Below are positions 38,542 through 47,906 of a stretch of 64,000 nt of DNA, piece after piece. The notes beneath the pieces are model-generated. The model did no database searches. It worked only from the letters and a program-made list of their open reading frames with translations, and was not told the DNA's origin. The stretch is from a virus. Taxonomy: Duplodnaviria > Heunggongvirae > Uroviricota > Caudoviricetes. Each line of letters opens with the position of its first letter. Positions within the stretch are counted from its first letter, which is position 1. Location: IMG/VR virus record IMGVR_UViG_3300027797_000011, one strand, 5' to 3'. Both the position numbers and the translations under genes were made by a program.

Positions 38542-39152
38542 TATTCAGCAATAACTTTTTCTACTTTGGCTCTAGCGGTAGTAGTTTTTTTCTTTGGAGG
38601 ATCCAAATCGTCAGCTTGCTTACGCAATACCTGTGCCTGTTTAAATAATGCATCTGCACGACTACGAAGTTCTGCAGGAGTCATTTCAAATGTACTAGAT
38701 GATGCTGGCGCTTCTTCTTCTGTTACAATCTTTTTGGCTTCTTTCTTCTTCTTATCTTTAGATTGTTGACTACCATCATTGATTGCTAAGTCCTCAATAC
38801 TAACACCCTTACTTTCGGCAATGAGTCTATTCATTTCGTCAAGACTAAGGGTAGTCTTTGAATCCGGGGTCATACTAACTAGGCCAGTTTTAACCTTAAT
38901 TAAATGTCCGTTAGCATGTAGGTATCCTAACATGTTTGAACCGTCTGGGAATCTACGGACCGATAAAATATCAGCAAGCTCATTAGATTGTTGACCGCTG
39001 TCGCTTTCAACAACTGACATTAATGTATCGTGATAACTATCACCTAATCCTGATGTTCCAACAACCAAACAACTGTGGGGGTCGCCTGGCAAAGTTCTAT
39101 ATGCAACAACAATCCTTGCGGCATTGTTTTTCATTTTTCCAACGTGTTTCAT
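38541..39152 (-). CDS. Hypothetical protein
   Basis: 203-aa ORF with GGAG RBS, coupled to thyA; charged C-terminus. Confidence 0.7.
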   Translation of the reverse strand: MKHVGKMKNNAARIVVAYRTLPGDPHSCLVVGTSGLGDSYHDTLMSVVESDSGQQSNELADILSVRRFPDGSNMLGYLHANGHLIKVKTGLVSMTPDSKTTLSLDEMNRLIAESKGVSIEDLAINDGSQQSKDKKKKEAKKIVTEEEAPASSSTFEMTPAELRSRADALFKQAQVLRKQADDLDPPKKKTTTARAKVEKVIAE

Positions 39153-39164
39153 TTTAATCTCCTT

Positions 39165-39407
39165 TTAAGCAACTGGTGGTTGATCAGCAGGTGGCTGTTG
39201 TGGAGCAACTGCATTTAGAAATGCATCTAATTTATTAAATACTCCGCCTACTCCTGCCATTTCGCCTGCACCAAATGCTCCACGACGACTTGCCGCATCG
39301 ATAATAGTTTTGATGTTTTGCAAATCTGTAACTGTTAGTTCTGGAGCCGCTGGCGCAGATTGTGCTTCTTGTGTTTGTTCAACTGCTTGTTGTTCTTGAT
39401 TTTCCAT
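39165..39407 (-). CDS. Hypothetical protein
   Basis: 80-aa ORF with AGGAG RBS, in the operon. Confidence 0.65.
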   Translation of the reverse strand: MENQEQQAVEQTQEAQSAPAAPELTVTDLQNIKTIIDAASRRGAFGAGEMAGVGGVFNKLDAFLNAVAPQQPPADQPPVA

Positions 39408-39419
39408 ATTTTTCTCCTG

Positions 39420-39701
39420 TTAGGTATTATGTAAGTAAGGGCACCCTAAACTTAGCATAGTAAGTTCTTTATGATCTTCCATACCAATTTCACACATTTC
39501 TGTTATTTTATTATTACCATCTAACATGTGAGTTTTTTTAATACAATATCGACTGTTAAGATTTGTATAAATCCAATCATCGATGTTATGTATATCCTTT
39601 AAGTTTTGGGTATGCGTTCTGCCAAAATGAGAAGGTATGTATGGAAGTTTTCTTACTTCCAAAACATTTAACGGATTAACCGTGCCTCTTATTAAAGACA
39701 T
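39420..39701 (-). CDS. Hypothetical protein
   Basis: 93-aa ORF; ATAAATA late-type motif at 39715-39721 upstream. Confidence 0.6.
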   Translation of the reverse strand: MSLIRGTVNPLNVLEVRKLPYIPSHFGRTHTQNLKDIHNIDDWIYTNLNSRYCIKKTHMLDGNNKITEMCEIGMEDHKELTMLSLGCPYLHNT

Positions 39702-39713
39702 TATCTACCTACT

Positions 39714-40970
39714 TTATTTATAGTGTGCGGTCTGACCGAAGGGCGCAATTATGGTTTCATTTCCGTGGACAATAAACAGGGTTTCTGCATAGTCCTCGTC
39801 ACCCCAACTTCCGCAAGGGTATCCATCTGTAAACATAATAAAGCGTTTTGGCTCAATGCCTTGTTCCTTCATAAAAGTCCAATTGACTTCAAAGTCAGTA
39901 CCCCCACCGCCTTGGCACTCGTATTCCATAATTTCGTCGGCAGTATCGCCGGTAAATTGTTTGTAACCGTAAACTTCTGTATCAAATGTCCACAGGTCCA
40001 ATTTAAAGTCAGTATACTCGTCCATGATACCTTTAACTTCTGATAAGAAGTCCTTAGCCATTTCGTCACTGATAGAACCAGACATGTCAATACAAACACT
40101 TACGTCAATAGTTTCTTCGTTCATCATACCGGGTAGTATTGCACCGCAATGTTGTGACTTACGATTAGGACGTTGGAAACTAAAATTGCTTTTAATGAGA
40201 CTTTGGATGTTCATACGCAACATCTGACGCCAGTCCATCTTAGGTTCTGTAAAATCAGAAATCATACGTGCAACACCTGCTGGTACCCTGCCAGCACCTG
40301 CGGCTTGTGCGGCCGCAACCATTGCTTCTTTAATTTCGTCTCGAATCTTTTTCTTCTCGTCAGCAGTTAAACGTGGTCGGCCCTTGCCATTACCCTTGCC
40401 ATCTTGATCTCCATCTTCATCGCCGTCATCACTATCGTCGAGGTGCTCGTCTAACAGTTCACCTAACTTGCTAATATCAATTTTTTCTGCTTTCTCGTAT
40501 AGCTCTTCGTAGATCTGCTCATAGCTCATGCCACGATATTTGTTGTCTTGAAAGATTTTAATCCAACTAGGCACTTCACCAATACGTTCATCTTTTAAGA
40601 TTTGATTGGTAGCGTAGTCTGCGGCAATGTTTGACAGTTGGGGATCTCGGCTATCTCGACGACCCATGTGGTCAAATACATTGTGTAATACTTCGTGAGC
40701 AAAGCCAAACTCTGCTTCTTTAGGTTTGAGCTTGTCTACAAATTCGTTATTGTAATAAAAATTCCGACCATCTGTTGCCAGGGTAGCACACCACTCGTCG
40801 GCATTCACTAATTTCAAACGGGTTGCAAGATTGCCAAAGAAAGGATGACGTAACAACAGACCCACACGGGCTGTAATTAGTTTGTCAAGAATAAGATTCT
40901 TTTCTCGGTCAGTAAACGTTTTAGTATTTTTTGGTTTACGAATTTTTTCAGTTTTCATTACAGATGTCAT
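39714..40970 (-). CDS. VWA-domain protein with N-terminal zincin-like (HExxH) domain (DUF2201-like)
   Basis: TLATDG...FAHEVLH; MIDAS motifs CIDMSGSI, GGGGTDF and FTDG. Confidence 0.85.
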   Translation of the reverse strand: MTSVMKTEKIRKPKNTKTFTDREKNLILDKLITARVGLLLRHPFFGNLATRLKLVNADEWCATLATDGRNFYYNNEFVDKLKPKEAEFGFAHEVLHNVFDHMGRRDSRDPQLSNIAADYATNQILKDERIGEVPSWIKIFQDNKYRGMSYEQIYEELYEKAEKIDISKLGELLDEHLDDSDDGDEDGDQDGKGNGKGRPRLTADEKKKIRDEIKEAMVAAAQAAGAGRVPAGVARMISDFTEPKMDWRQMLRMNIQSLIKSNFSFQRPNRKSQHCGAILPGMMNEETIDVSVCIDMSGSISDEMAKDFLSEVKGIMDEYTDFKLDLWTFDTEVYGYKQFTGDTADEIMEYECQGGGGTDFEVNWTFMKEQGIEPKRFIMFTDGYPCGSWGDEDYAETLFIVHGNETIIAPFGQTAHYK

Positions 40971-40993
40971 AATGTTCCTTTCGATGATATACT

Positions 40994-41022
40994 ATTATAT
41001 ACTCAAAAATGTAAAATAGCAA
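40994..41022 (-). promoter_or_regulatory. Sigma70-type promoter for the VWA gene
   Basis: TTGCTA-N17-TATAAT; AAGGA RBS downstream. Confidence 0.7.
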
Positions 41023-41024
41023 GT

Positions 41025-41051
41025 AAAAAGGGCTCCGAAGAGCCCTTTTTT
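41025..41051 (-). terminator. Rho-independent terminator after the MoxR ATPase gene
   Basis: GGGCTC-TTCG-GAGCCC hairpin (cUUCGg loop) with T tracts on both sides. Confidence 0.85.
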
Positions 41052-42147
41052 AGCCTTCCATTGCTGTGATAATGTACTTGCCATACTTATCGTGGAACTT
41101 GTCAAAGTGGACTAATTTGCTTGCATCAAACGGCAAGTTATAGTTAGTCAACGCTACTTTGGCACCCATAACTGTAAGTTCAGTTGGGAAGTTCTCCATC
41201 ATAAACTTGAAGAAATTGTCAGCCATTGCATCCCAATTCTTAACTTTCTTCTCGTCAGCAGTTTGGAGTTCGTAACACAAACTAATTGTAAGTGAATACA
41301 TTGCAGAGATTTCTTTAATTGAAACCTTTTCTACTTTACCAGATAGGATATCTTCTGGCTTAGGCATCTGTTTAGCAACCTTGCGGTGTGCCATAAACTT
41401 AACAGCAAGCCCTTCACCAACTGCACCTGCAACCAAGTCAGTCAATGTGCCTTCATCCAAGTCGTCATCTGTAAGTAATTCGCTAACAAAGGACCAGCTA
41501 CGTGGTGTAGCAAAAGCACGTGAACTAGACTTTGGATCAAAGTCGTACAAGTCTTGTTTGGCAAAGCCAACATAACCAACAACTTGTTCATGCACCTTGT
41601 TCAACGTAGCCCAGTTCAACCAATCTTCGTAGTCTGTCTTAAGTTCAATATGCACAAAACGATTAGCCAACGGACTAGGCATACGATAAGTTACGCCCTT
41701 GTCAGTTTCACGGTTACCAGCGGCAACAATGCTAACACCTTTTGGCAAATGGTACGTACCAACACGGCGATTAAGCACCAATTGGAATGCCGCCGCCTGT
41801 GTAGCAGGAGCCGCAGAGTTCAACTCATCCAAGAACAGGATAGCAGTTGAGTTAGGGTCAGTGGGCAGTTCTGCAGGAGGAGCCCAGCTCATAGTGTTTT
41901 CTGTAGCGTTGTAATATGGAATACCTTTAATGTCGGTAGGTTCCCACAAACTCAAACGAACGTCGATCACTTCACGATCTTGTTCTTCGCCGATTTGTTT
42001 AACAATATCGGACTTACCAATGCCCGGAGGGCCCCACATGAAAACCGGACGTTGAATTTTAACACACTTGCGTAGTGACTTTTTAGCTTCGCTAGGGGTT
42101 ACTGTCCGATTTGCGCTCATTTTTTCTGCCATAATAAACTTTCTCAA
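41050..42147 (-). CDS. MoxR-type AAA+ ATPase (likely start 42132)
   Basis: Walker A WGPPGIGKS, Walker B ILFLDELN, AAGNR, SPLANRF, TPRSW. Confidence 0.9.
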   Translation of the reverse strand: MRKFIMAEKMSANRTVTPSEAKKSLRKCVKIQRPVFMWGPPGIGKSDIVKQIGEEQDREVIDVRLSLWEPTDIKGIPYYNATENTMSWAPPAELPTDPNSTAILFLDELNSAAPATQAAAFQLVLNRRVGTYHLPKGVSIVAAGNRETDKGVTYRMPSPLANRFVHIELKTDYEDWLNWATLNKVHEQVVGYVGFAKQDLYDFDPKSSSRAFATPRSWSFVSELLTDDDLDEGTLTDLVAGAVGEGLAVKFMAHRKVAKQMPKPEDILSGKVEKVSIKEISAMYSLTISLCYELQTADEKKVKNWDAMADNFFKFMMENFPTELTVMGAKVALTNYNLPFDASKLVHFDKFHDKYGKYIITAMEG

Positions 42148-42194
42148 ATTAGGTTTAAAAAAATGTTAAGCACTTATTGCTTCAACATGTATAT

Positions 42195-42223
42195 ATTATA
42201 TAGTCATTCAGCCGGGTTGTCAA
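42195..42223 (-). promoter_or_regulatory. Consensus sigma70 promoter for the AAA ATPase
   Basis: Perfect TTGACA-N17-TATAAT. Confidence 0.85.
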
Positions 42224-42626
42224 TGGGCAATTGATGATTTTTTGCTGATAATGCCTTAGCAAGTCCGTATTTTTGGACATCACCGCTAAACAGTACTAAT
42301 TGTACAGCCATTTTTTCAGTAAAAACTTTTATATACTTTCTAGTTACATAATACGGACTGTCTATAAATCTGTCCAAATGTAAAATAAGTTGATTAGTAA
42401 CCACTTCAATTGGTTCTGGAAAATCTATTTTATAAGATTTAAGGCCAACTTTGGTTTCAAAGTCTTCGAGTCCTCGTTCGGTTAATCGAAGACTATGGGC
42501 GCCGTTGTTCCTGGGATTTTTCCACCATAGTAGGTGCCATTCTTTTATATTTTTAGGAGTTGTAGCGATACCTAACTGCGTTAGCAGTTGTTCAGTCAGC
42601 TGAAGCTTTTGATCCGATTTCGCCAA
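42204..42626 (-). CDS. Hypothetical protein
   Basis: 140-aa ORF overlapping the upstream gene; WWKNPR...LRLTERG. Confidence 0.65.
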   Translation of the reverse strand: MAKSDQKLQLTEQLLTQLGIATTPKNIKEWHLLWWKNPRNNGAHSLRLTERGLEDFETKVGLKSYKIDFPEPIEVVTNQLILHLDRFIDSPYYVTRKYIKVFTEKMAVQLVLFSGDVQKYGLAKALSAKNHQLPIDNPAE

Positions 42627-42963
42627 CTTTATCTCCGGTGGTTAATCTAAATACAGAAAAATCATTACAGTTAAACATCTTATTAAGTTTCTCGGCCAAA
42701 TTAATAGCATGGCCTCTATTTGAAAAACTTACCTTTTTATATTTTGGACCTAAGTGTTGTGCCACCATGCTTGTGGTCTTTAAATTAACTGGTTTTTCTT
42801 TATAAAAGACAGCCCAAATGGCATCGGCTTCTAAAACCTGTTCAGTTTTATAAGTTTTTTTATTAGTAATTTCTAACAGAATAGACGGCTTTGGTCTTGA
42901 CATTGATATATGCGCTCCGGGTTCAGTACGCATATATTTATTATAAATCTTAAAACTTTCCAC
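42592..42963 (-). CDS. Hypothetical protein (likely start near 42904, MSRPKP)
   Basis: KYKKVSFSNRGHAINLAEKLN; ATAAATA at 42935-42941 favours the later start. Confidence 0.65.
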   Translation of the reverse strand: MESFKIYNKYMRTEPGAHISMSRPKPSILLEITNKKTYKTEQVLEADAIWAVFYKEKPVNLKTTSMVAQHLGPKYKKVSFSNRGHAINLAEKLNKMFNCNDFSVFRLTTGDKVGEIGSKASAD

Positions 42964-43162
42964 CGTCCATGCTTACTTGCACTGAGTCAATTGGTGCAGA
43001 AGTAACTGTTTGACCCGCTAATCGTGTCATGACTACTGCTAGACTATCCGCTAGTGCCTGTACTTCTTTAATGTCTAAAATTAGGTTCTTTTGATTGCTT
43101 TTGGTAGCGATTCTAGCCTTATCTAAGAACATTTCGATGGGTAAAGTGTTTAAGTTACTCAT
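42950..43162 (-). CDS. Hypothetical protein
   Basis: 70 aa, overlapping start/stop with its neighbours; ends SMDGGKF. Confidence 0.6.
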   Translation of the reverse strand: MSNLNTLPIEMFLDKARIATKSNQKNLILDIKEVQALADSLAVVMTRLAGQTVTSAPIDSVQVSMDGGKF

Positions 43163-43644
43163 TTTTCTTTACTCAGCTGACTTAGTACAGTCTTCATTTC
43201 TTCTTCGGTCTTAAAAGGACCTTTAAACGGATATCGTTCTAATGTAATTAATTTTGGACAAAAGCTCTTAACCCAACCTTTACGGAATTGAATAACGTAG
43301 TGCCCTGCACAATACAGGCTTTTACTTTTATTACTTTTGGCATAGATCGGCAGTTTTTTCTTTATGTTGTAAACAGGATTATGTGGTCTACTACCGCATG
43401 GATATTCATATACATTAAGTGGTTCAGTTGTTACTGTTTTAGAAATCTTTACAATCTTCTCAATCTCTTCAGTAATACTTTCTCCAAATTGTTGTTTGAT
43501 ACCTTTTTTATCAAAGTCCATTTTCTGACCTTTATGATAAAAACTGAATCCCTTTTTCTCTTTGTTTAGTGTTCCAACTTTTTGACCGCCATCTTCAACG
43601 ATCCATATTTTATTTGGAACAAGTACCTTAGCAACTGCGTTCAT
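43159..43644 (-). CDS. Hypothetical protein (T4-like phage conserved)
   Basis: 161 aa coupled to RNase H; SKSLYCAGHY...GWVKSFCPKLITLERY. Confidence 0.7.
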   Translation of the reverse strand: MNAVAKVLVPNKIWIVEDGGQKVGTLNKEKKGFSFYHKGQKMDFDKKGIKQQFGESITEEIEKIVKISKTVTTEPLNVYEYPCGSRPHNPVYNIKKKLPIYAKSNKSKSLYCAGHYVIQFRKGWVKSFCPKLITLERYPFKGPFKTEEEMKTVLSQLSKEK

Positions 43645-44627
43645 TTTGTATACCTTGCATTTAACGGGTCAGCGTAACCTTGTACATTATCGCTAATTCT
43701 TTGTAAGTCATATTCTGCACAAAACTTTAACAGACGAACACCTACTTGTGGAATATTTTTTTCCTTGCTAGTTTCTGCATTAATAGTTTCTTGGATTATA
43801 GTTTTAATCTCAGCAGGTTGTGCAGTTAAATCGCATAGTTTAACATTACGATTATAATCTTCTAGTACCTTGTGTTCAACACCTTCGTGGTCGGTCCAAC
43901 GCTGAAGCATCATATTGTTCCAAGAATATCCGCGCTTGTCACGGTCGGCAAATGCGTCACGGAGACCAACTTTATTCTTTGTGCCTTTCTCACGTACTCC
44001 CGGATAAGCACTAAAGATGTTGTCGGAGGTGTCTCCACGCATACACTTCTCAAATAACAACCAGGATGGATCCGGCGCCGGCTTAACTTGTTTAGTTTTC
44101 TTATCAACGACAGGTTTACCTTTAGCATCAAAATATCCTTCATGCGTGGTTGTAATTTCCATTACACCATTATATTGTTTTACGTTCGGCGCAATGAGCT
44201 GTGCAAAGTCGCCGTCAGTTGATATGATAACATGATTCGAATTGGGATGCGCCTGGATAAATCCTGCAATAAGATCATCTGCTTCTAGTTGAGGATTTTG
44301 TAATACTGAACAGTTTGTTTTGCTAGTAACAAAATCTTTAAACTGATCAAACGTTTCCCAAAATAGTTTTTCTTCCTCAGCTTCGCGAGGGCTGTGCGCG
44401 GCCCGAGCATCGGTGCGGTTTCGCTTGTAAGGTGCATAATGATCCTTACGCCACGATCTACCTTCTAAACAGAATACTACATGACTGCCATCAAAGTCTT
44501 GCCATGCTTTCTTAACTGAATTAAGAATAATATGCATAGCCATGCCTACTTTCTCACTAGTATCTCCACGAACTACGTGTCTAGCACGAAAAAAAGTATT
44601 TGCTGTATCAACTAAAATATATGTCAT
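43641..44627 (-). CDS. rnh: RNase H / 5'-3' exonuclease (T4 rnh-like, FEN/PIN fold)
   Basis: LVDTAN, CLEGRSWRK, LEADDLIA, ISTDGDF and GDTSDNI motifs. Confidence 0.9.
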   Translation of the reverse strand: MTYILVDTANTFFRARHVVRGDTSEKVGMAMHIILNSVKKAWQDFDGSHVVFCLEGRSWRKDHYAPYKRNRTDARAAHSPREAEEEKLFWETFDQFKDFVTSKTNCSVLQNPQLEADDLIAGFIQAHPNSNHVIISTDGDFAQLIAPNVKQYNGVMEITTTHEGYFDAKGKPVVDKKTKQVKPAPDPSWLLFEKCMRGDTSDNIFSAYPGVREKGTKNKVGLRDAFADRDKRGYSWNNMMLQRWTDHEGVEHKVLEDYNRNVKLCDLTAQPAEIKTIIQETINAETSKEKNIPQVGVRLLKFCAEYDLQRISDNVQGYADPLNARYTK

Positions 44628-45064
44628 TAACTGACCTCTGTTTTTCCATCACCTAGATTATTAACATTAATATATCCAGAACCTCGTCTGTCCATATCAA
44701 CACCTGATTCTTGTCCTACATTCCTACAAAGGTCCTGGAACCACAAATCAACTACTGCCTCTTCGTCGTCACCTTTATAGCCTGCTAATCTTAATTGTAC
44801 TACAAAATGTTCATTCCAGTCAAGTTCAAAAAACCCATTGCGAGGATTTTCCGGATTTACTTTTGTATCTAGTACTCCTACCCACGGCTCACCTTTTTCT
44901 GTAGCAAGATCTTTGGGTGTTAGTTTAGCTTTTCGTGCATCTTCTTTGGCTTGTTTGGCTTCGGCTTCGGCTTCAATTTTTTGTTTAGTTGCTTCGGCTA
45001 CTTCAGCTTCAATTTTATCGATGCCAAATATCTTTTTAATAAACTTATTCATCAAGTTCCCCAC
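44627..45064 (-). CDS. Hypothetical protein (T4-like phage conserved)
   Basis: EPWVGVLDT...NGFFELDWN; coupled between queE and rnh. Confidence 0.7.
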   Translation of the reverse strand: MGNLMNKFIKKIFGIDKIEAEVAEATKQKIEAEAEAKQAKEDARKAKLTPKDLATEKGEPWVGVLDTKVNPENPRNGFFELDWNEHFVVQLRLAGYKGDDEEAVVDLWFQDLCRNVGQESGVDMDRRGSGYINVNNLGDGKTEVS

Positions 45065-45924
45065 TCATTTTTAAATAGTGGCACCTGCAACCTATCACTG
45101 TAACGTAAACCGTTTTTCATAGCTAATATTGCTACATTACGATTATTCATTGCGTAGACACTTTCTACACCGCCCACTGGCATTAGATAAACATGCCCTT
45201 TAAATCCTGCTGTACGATAAGCGGCAATAGCACATTCAGCATCAGCAAAGTCTTGCTCTGTAGCAATAACAAACTTCAAATAAGCTGTACCGTATTGCTC
45301 ATACTCAACTACTCGCTCTGGTTTAATAGCATCGTCCCACGGCTCGCCACTGCAAGGAAGTTTGGCACTTACACTAAATGTAATTTCTCTCTCGTCGCCG
45401 CCAAATGCCCAGTCTGCTAAGAATTCTTTAAATGCAGTAGTAAGACGCATTGTTCCGTTAGTTTCAAACGTAAGTTCTTTCAAACCTTTCATCTTAGGAT
45501 GTCTTAACAAATCTGGATATTGTTTTTGCCAACCTAGCAATGGTTCGCCGCCAGTAATGACAAGATGTTCATCATGCCATTCTTTGTGTGGCAACATTTC
45601 CATAATGCGTTCTACGATGCCATCAGTTTCGACTAGCGGGCTAAGATCTTTAAAACGAGCATCCCAACTTGCATAACTGTCGCAACCTGTACTTACTAAT
45701 GGAAGTTCATTATAATCTTTAAATTCTAGAATACGCTCTGCAATAGCTTCACGTTCATTAGATAGTTCGCCACGTGGCATACCAAAACCTTGACAGGTAA
45801 AGTTACATCCAAATGTACGCAAGAACACAGACGGTACACCCATGTAACGTCCTTCACCTTGTATACTATAAAATAATTCTGCTATCTTAATTTTACTCAT
45901 ACAATCTTTCCTAATCCTAACCAA
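45052..45924 (-). CDS. queE: 7-carboxy-7-deazaguanine synthase, radical SAM (likely start 45900)
   Basis: ELFYSIQGEG, FLRTFGCNFTC...GCD, ITGGEP, FETNG, SVSAKL. Confidence 0.9.
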   Translation of the reverse strand: MVRIRKDCMSKIKIAELFYSIQGEGRYMGVPSVFLRTFGCNFTCQGFGMPRGELSNEREAIAERILEFKDYNELPLVSTGCDSYASWDARFKDLSPLVETDGIVERIMEMLPHKEWHDEHLVITGGEPLLGWQKQYPDLLRHPKMKGLKELTFETNGTMRLTTAFKEFLADWAFGGDEREITFSVSAKLPCSGEPWDDAIKPERVVEYEQYGTAYLKFVIATEQDFADAECAIAAYRTAGFKGHVYLMPVGGVESVYAMNNRNVAILAMKNGLRYSDRLQVPLFKNEWGT

Positions 45925-46118
45925 ATTAATTGGTTTAATTCTATTTGATAATCTTTACCCAGTCTGCGTTTTTCATAAATCGCTTCTAGAATCTCTTTGC
46001 CATCACCAAACTCGACAATGCCAGCCCCGCGGCTTTCTAGTTCCTCAATGAGATCATCAGTGTCGAACTCCGATAGCTCGACATCAACTTCAACTTCGGT
46101 ATATATTGTTTTATACAT
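45897..46118 (-). CDS. Hypothetical acidic protein
   Basis: 73 aa, coupled overlaps on both sides. Confidence 0.6.
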   Translation of the reverse strand: MYKTIYTEVEVDVELSEFDTDDLIEELESRGAGIVEFGDGKEILEAIYEKRRLGKDYQIELNQLIWLGLGKIV

Positions 46119-46389
46119 TTTCGTAAATGGTAGACCATTGTTTTAGTTTTTCAATTTTAGCTTTTTTTGCTACGTCTAATGATACTTGATTAACCACACC
46201 TATGTCAAGTAGAATATCTACCATAGCTAGCAAATCGCCAATTTCTTCTTCTAAGTGTTCACAGTTAGTTTTTGGTTTACCCGGCTTGTAATTGTGTAAC
46301 CCAAATCTATGACACTTACTAACTGCCTGAATTACCTCAGCACATTCTTCGCTAAGGATATTCATTACTTCTCTTTCTTGATTATTCAT
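46111..46389 (-). CDS. MazG-like nucleotide pyrophosphohydrolase
   Basis: EECAEVIQAVSK...LEEEIGDL, the ExxE...ExxD motif. Confidence 0.8.
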   Translation of the reverse strand: MNNQEREVMNILSEECAEVIQAVSKCHRFGLHNYKPGKPKTNCEHLEEEIGDLLAMVDILLDIGVVNQVSLDVAKKAKIEKLKQWSTIYENV

Positions 46390-46895
46390 TTTTTTGCTCT
46401 TTCGGTAAGATATATGTCATTGTGAATCCACTTGTTCTTAACAAGAAATCCCCATTCACGTTTCTGCGGCCCTGGCATAAACAAAGTCCATGCGGTAATA
46501 TTTGGATCTAGTTCAATTCTATGATAACTGTTAGCACCGCAAATCCTAAAATGACCAGGACCTCTCCACTTTGCAATCTCACCAACTTTTTCATCAATTG
46601 AATTAAAAACTGGAACCCATTCCCAATAACCACCTTTGAGGATCAGTGTAGCATAAGGCCAAGGATGATCATGAACATCATCTGGATCTGACTTAAGAAA
46701 CTTGTGTATAAAAGCATTAAAGGGAAAACGCTGTCTGTCTTTTAGGAAGATATAATAACGTTCAAGATATGGTTCATCGTTTATTCTGTCAAAAATAACA
46801 CGCTTTCTACCATTCTTCTCTAACCAAGATAACATCCATTTCATATAGACTCCACTATGCGATACTTTGAAGCAGGATATTGTTCCTGAAGCCAT
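46386..46895 (-). CDS. Cupin-fold hypothetical protein (likely start 46844)
   Basis: HKFLKSD...HDHPW...ILKGGYWE...YHRIEL metal-binding cupin pattern. Confidence 0.7.
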   Translation of the reverse strand: MASGTISCFKVSHSGVYMKWMLSWLEKNGRKRVIFDRINDEPYLERYYIFLKDRQRFPFNAFIHKFLKSDPDDVHDHPWPYATLILKGGYWEWVPVFNSIDEKVGEIAKWRGPGHFRICGANSYHRIELDPNITAWTLFMPGPQKREWGFLVKNKWIHNDIYLTERAKK

Positions 46896-46957
46896 TCTAA
46901 CAAACCGGGTTCCCAGGGAAGCTTAATCTCGCCTGTTATGTTGGTAATGTATTTCAT
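46841..46957 (-). CDS. Small 38-aa hypothetical protein absent from the ORF track
   Basis: MKYITNITGEIKLPWEPGLLEWLQEQYPASKYRIVESI; ATG overlaps the upstream TAA and its TGA overlaps the downstream ATG (ATGA). Confidence 0.6.
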   Translation of the reverse strand: MKYITNITGEIKLPWEPGLLEWLQEQYPASKYRIVESI

Positions 46958-47169
46958 TTACATGTTTCTAAGAATGAATGTAATGTGCTAACGGCTTCGT
47001 CAAAATTGATAGCCCAAACTTTTGCTTCAAGTACACTACCTGTTATTTGCATGTCAAATGGTACAAGTCCGTTGAATCTAAAATCATCCGGCACCTCAGT
47101 AGTAACTGTAAACTCTTCTATGTGTTTAGCTCTAAAAATTAAATTATTAGCCATGTCAACGGAGTTCAT
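46954..47169 (-). CDS. Hypothetical protein
   Basis: 71 aa in a continuous operon. Confidence 0.6.
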   Translation of the reverse strand: MNSVDMANNLIFRAKHIEEFTVTTEVPDDFRFNGLVPFDMQITGSVLEAKVWAINFDEAVSTLHSFLETCK

Positions 47170-47171
47170 AA

Positions 47172-47906
47172 TTATTTCCTATCGCCAAACAACTGTAACA
47201 AGTTCAAGAACAAGTTTATAAAGTCCATATATAAACTTAATGCGCCTGTTACTTCTACAGCTGGGCTAGTGTCAACACTGACTGCTTCACGGATACGTTG
47301 TGTGTCATAAGCCGTTAATCCCAAGAAGATGATAATAGCCAAAGCACTAATAACCATAGCCATAACACTTGAGCCAATAAAGATGTTTACAATGCTGGCA
47401 ATCACAATAGCAATCAAACCAACAAACATCATCTGGCCCATTGAGCTTAGATCCTTTTTAGTAAAGTAACCATAACCACTCATCACACCAAACAGTATTG
47501 CCGCACCCATAAATGCTGACACAATACTACCCATAGTAAACACAGCAAAGATTGTGGCAAAGCTCAATCCCATAAGCGCCGCAAATCCGTGCAAGCATAA
47601 CTGTGCTACACTTTTACTGGGATTGTTAGCTAATACCGCAGAAATACCAAATATTGCTAATAGCGGTGAAAAGATTACAATCCATTTTGTTACGCCTGTA
47701 AAAAAGAACTGCAATAATTCTGGAGTAGTTCCGACCCAGTAACTAACTAGCATCGATACAATAACAGCTAGGCTCATATGTCCGTAGACACGACCCATTG
47801 CTGAATTAATTTCGCTAGCACTGCGGTAACTTAACACGTCGTCGCCTGTAAAGTTTGTTTCAAACATAATATTTCTCCTTAAGTATCTAATTCCATTGAG
47901 TTCCAC
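47172..47906 (-). CDS. Bax inhibitor-1 / YccA family membrane protein (likely start near 47868)
   Basis: About 7 hydrophobic segments; TKKDLSSMG, LTAYDTQRI and ALSLYMDFINLFLNLLQLFG. Confidence 0.9.
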   Translation of the reverse strand: MELNGIRYLRRNIMFETNFTGDDVLSYRSASEINSAMGRVYGHMSLAVIVSMLVSYWVGTTPELLQFFFTGVTKWIVIFSPLLAIFGISAVLANNPSKSVAQLCLHGFAALMGLSFATIFAVFTMGSIVSAFMGAAILFGVMSGYGYFTKKDLSSMGQMMFVGLIAIVIASIVNIFIGSSVMAMVISALAIIIFLGLTAYDTQRIREAVSVDTSPAVEVTGALSLYMDFINLFLNLLQLFGDRK

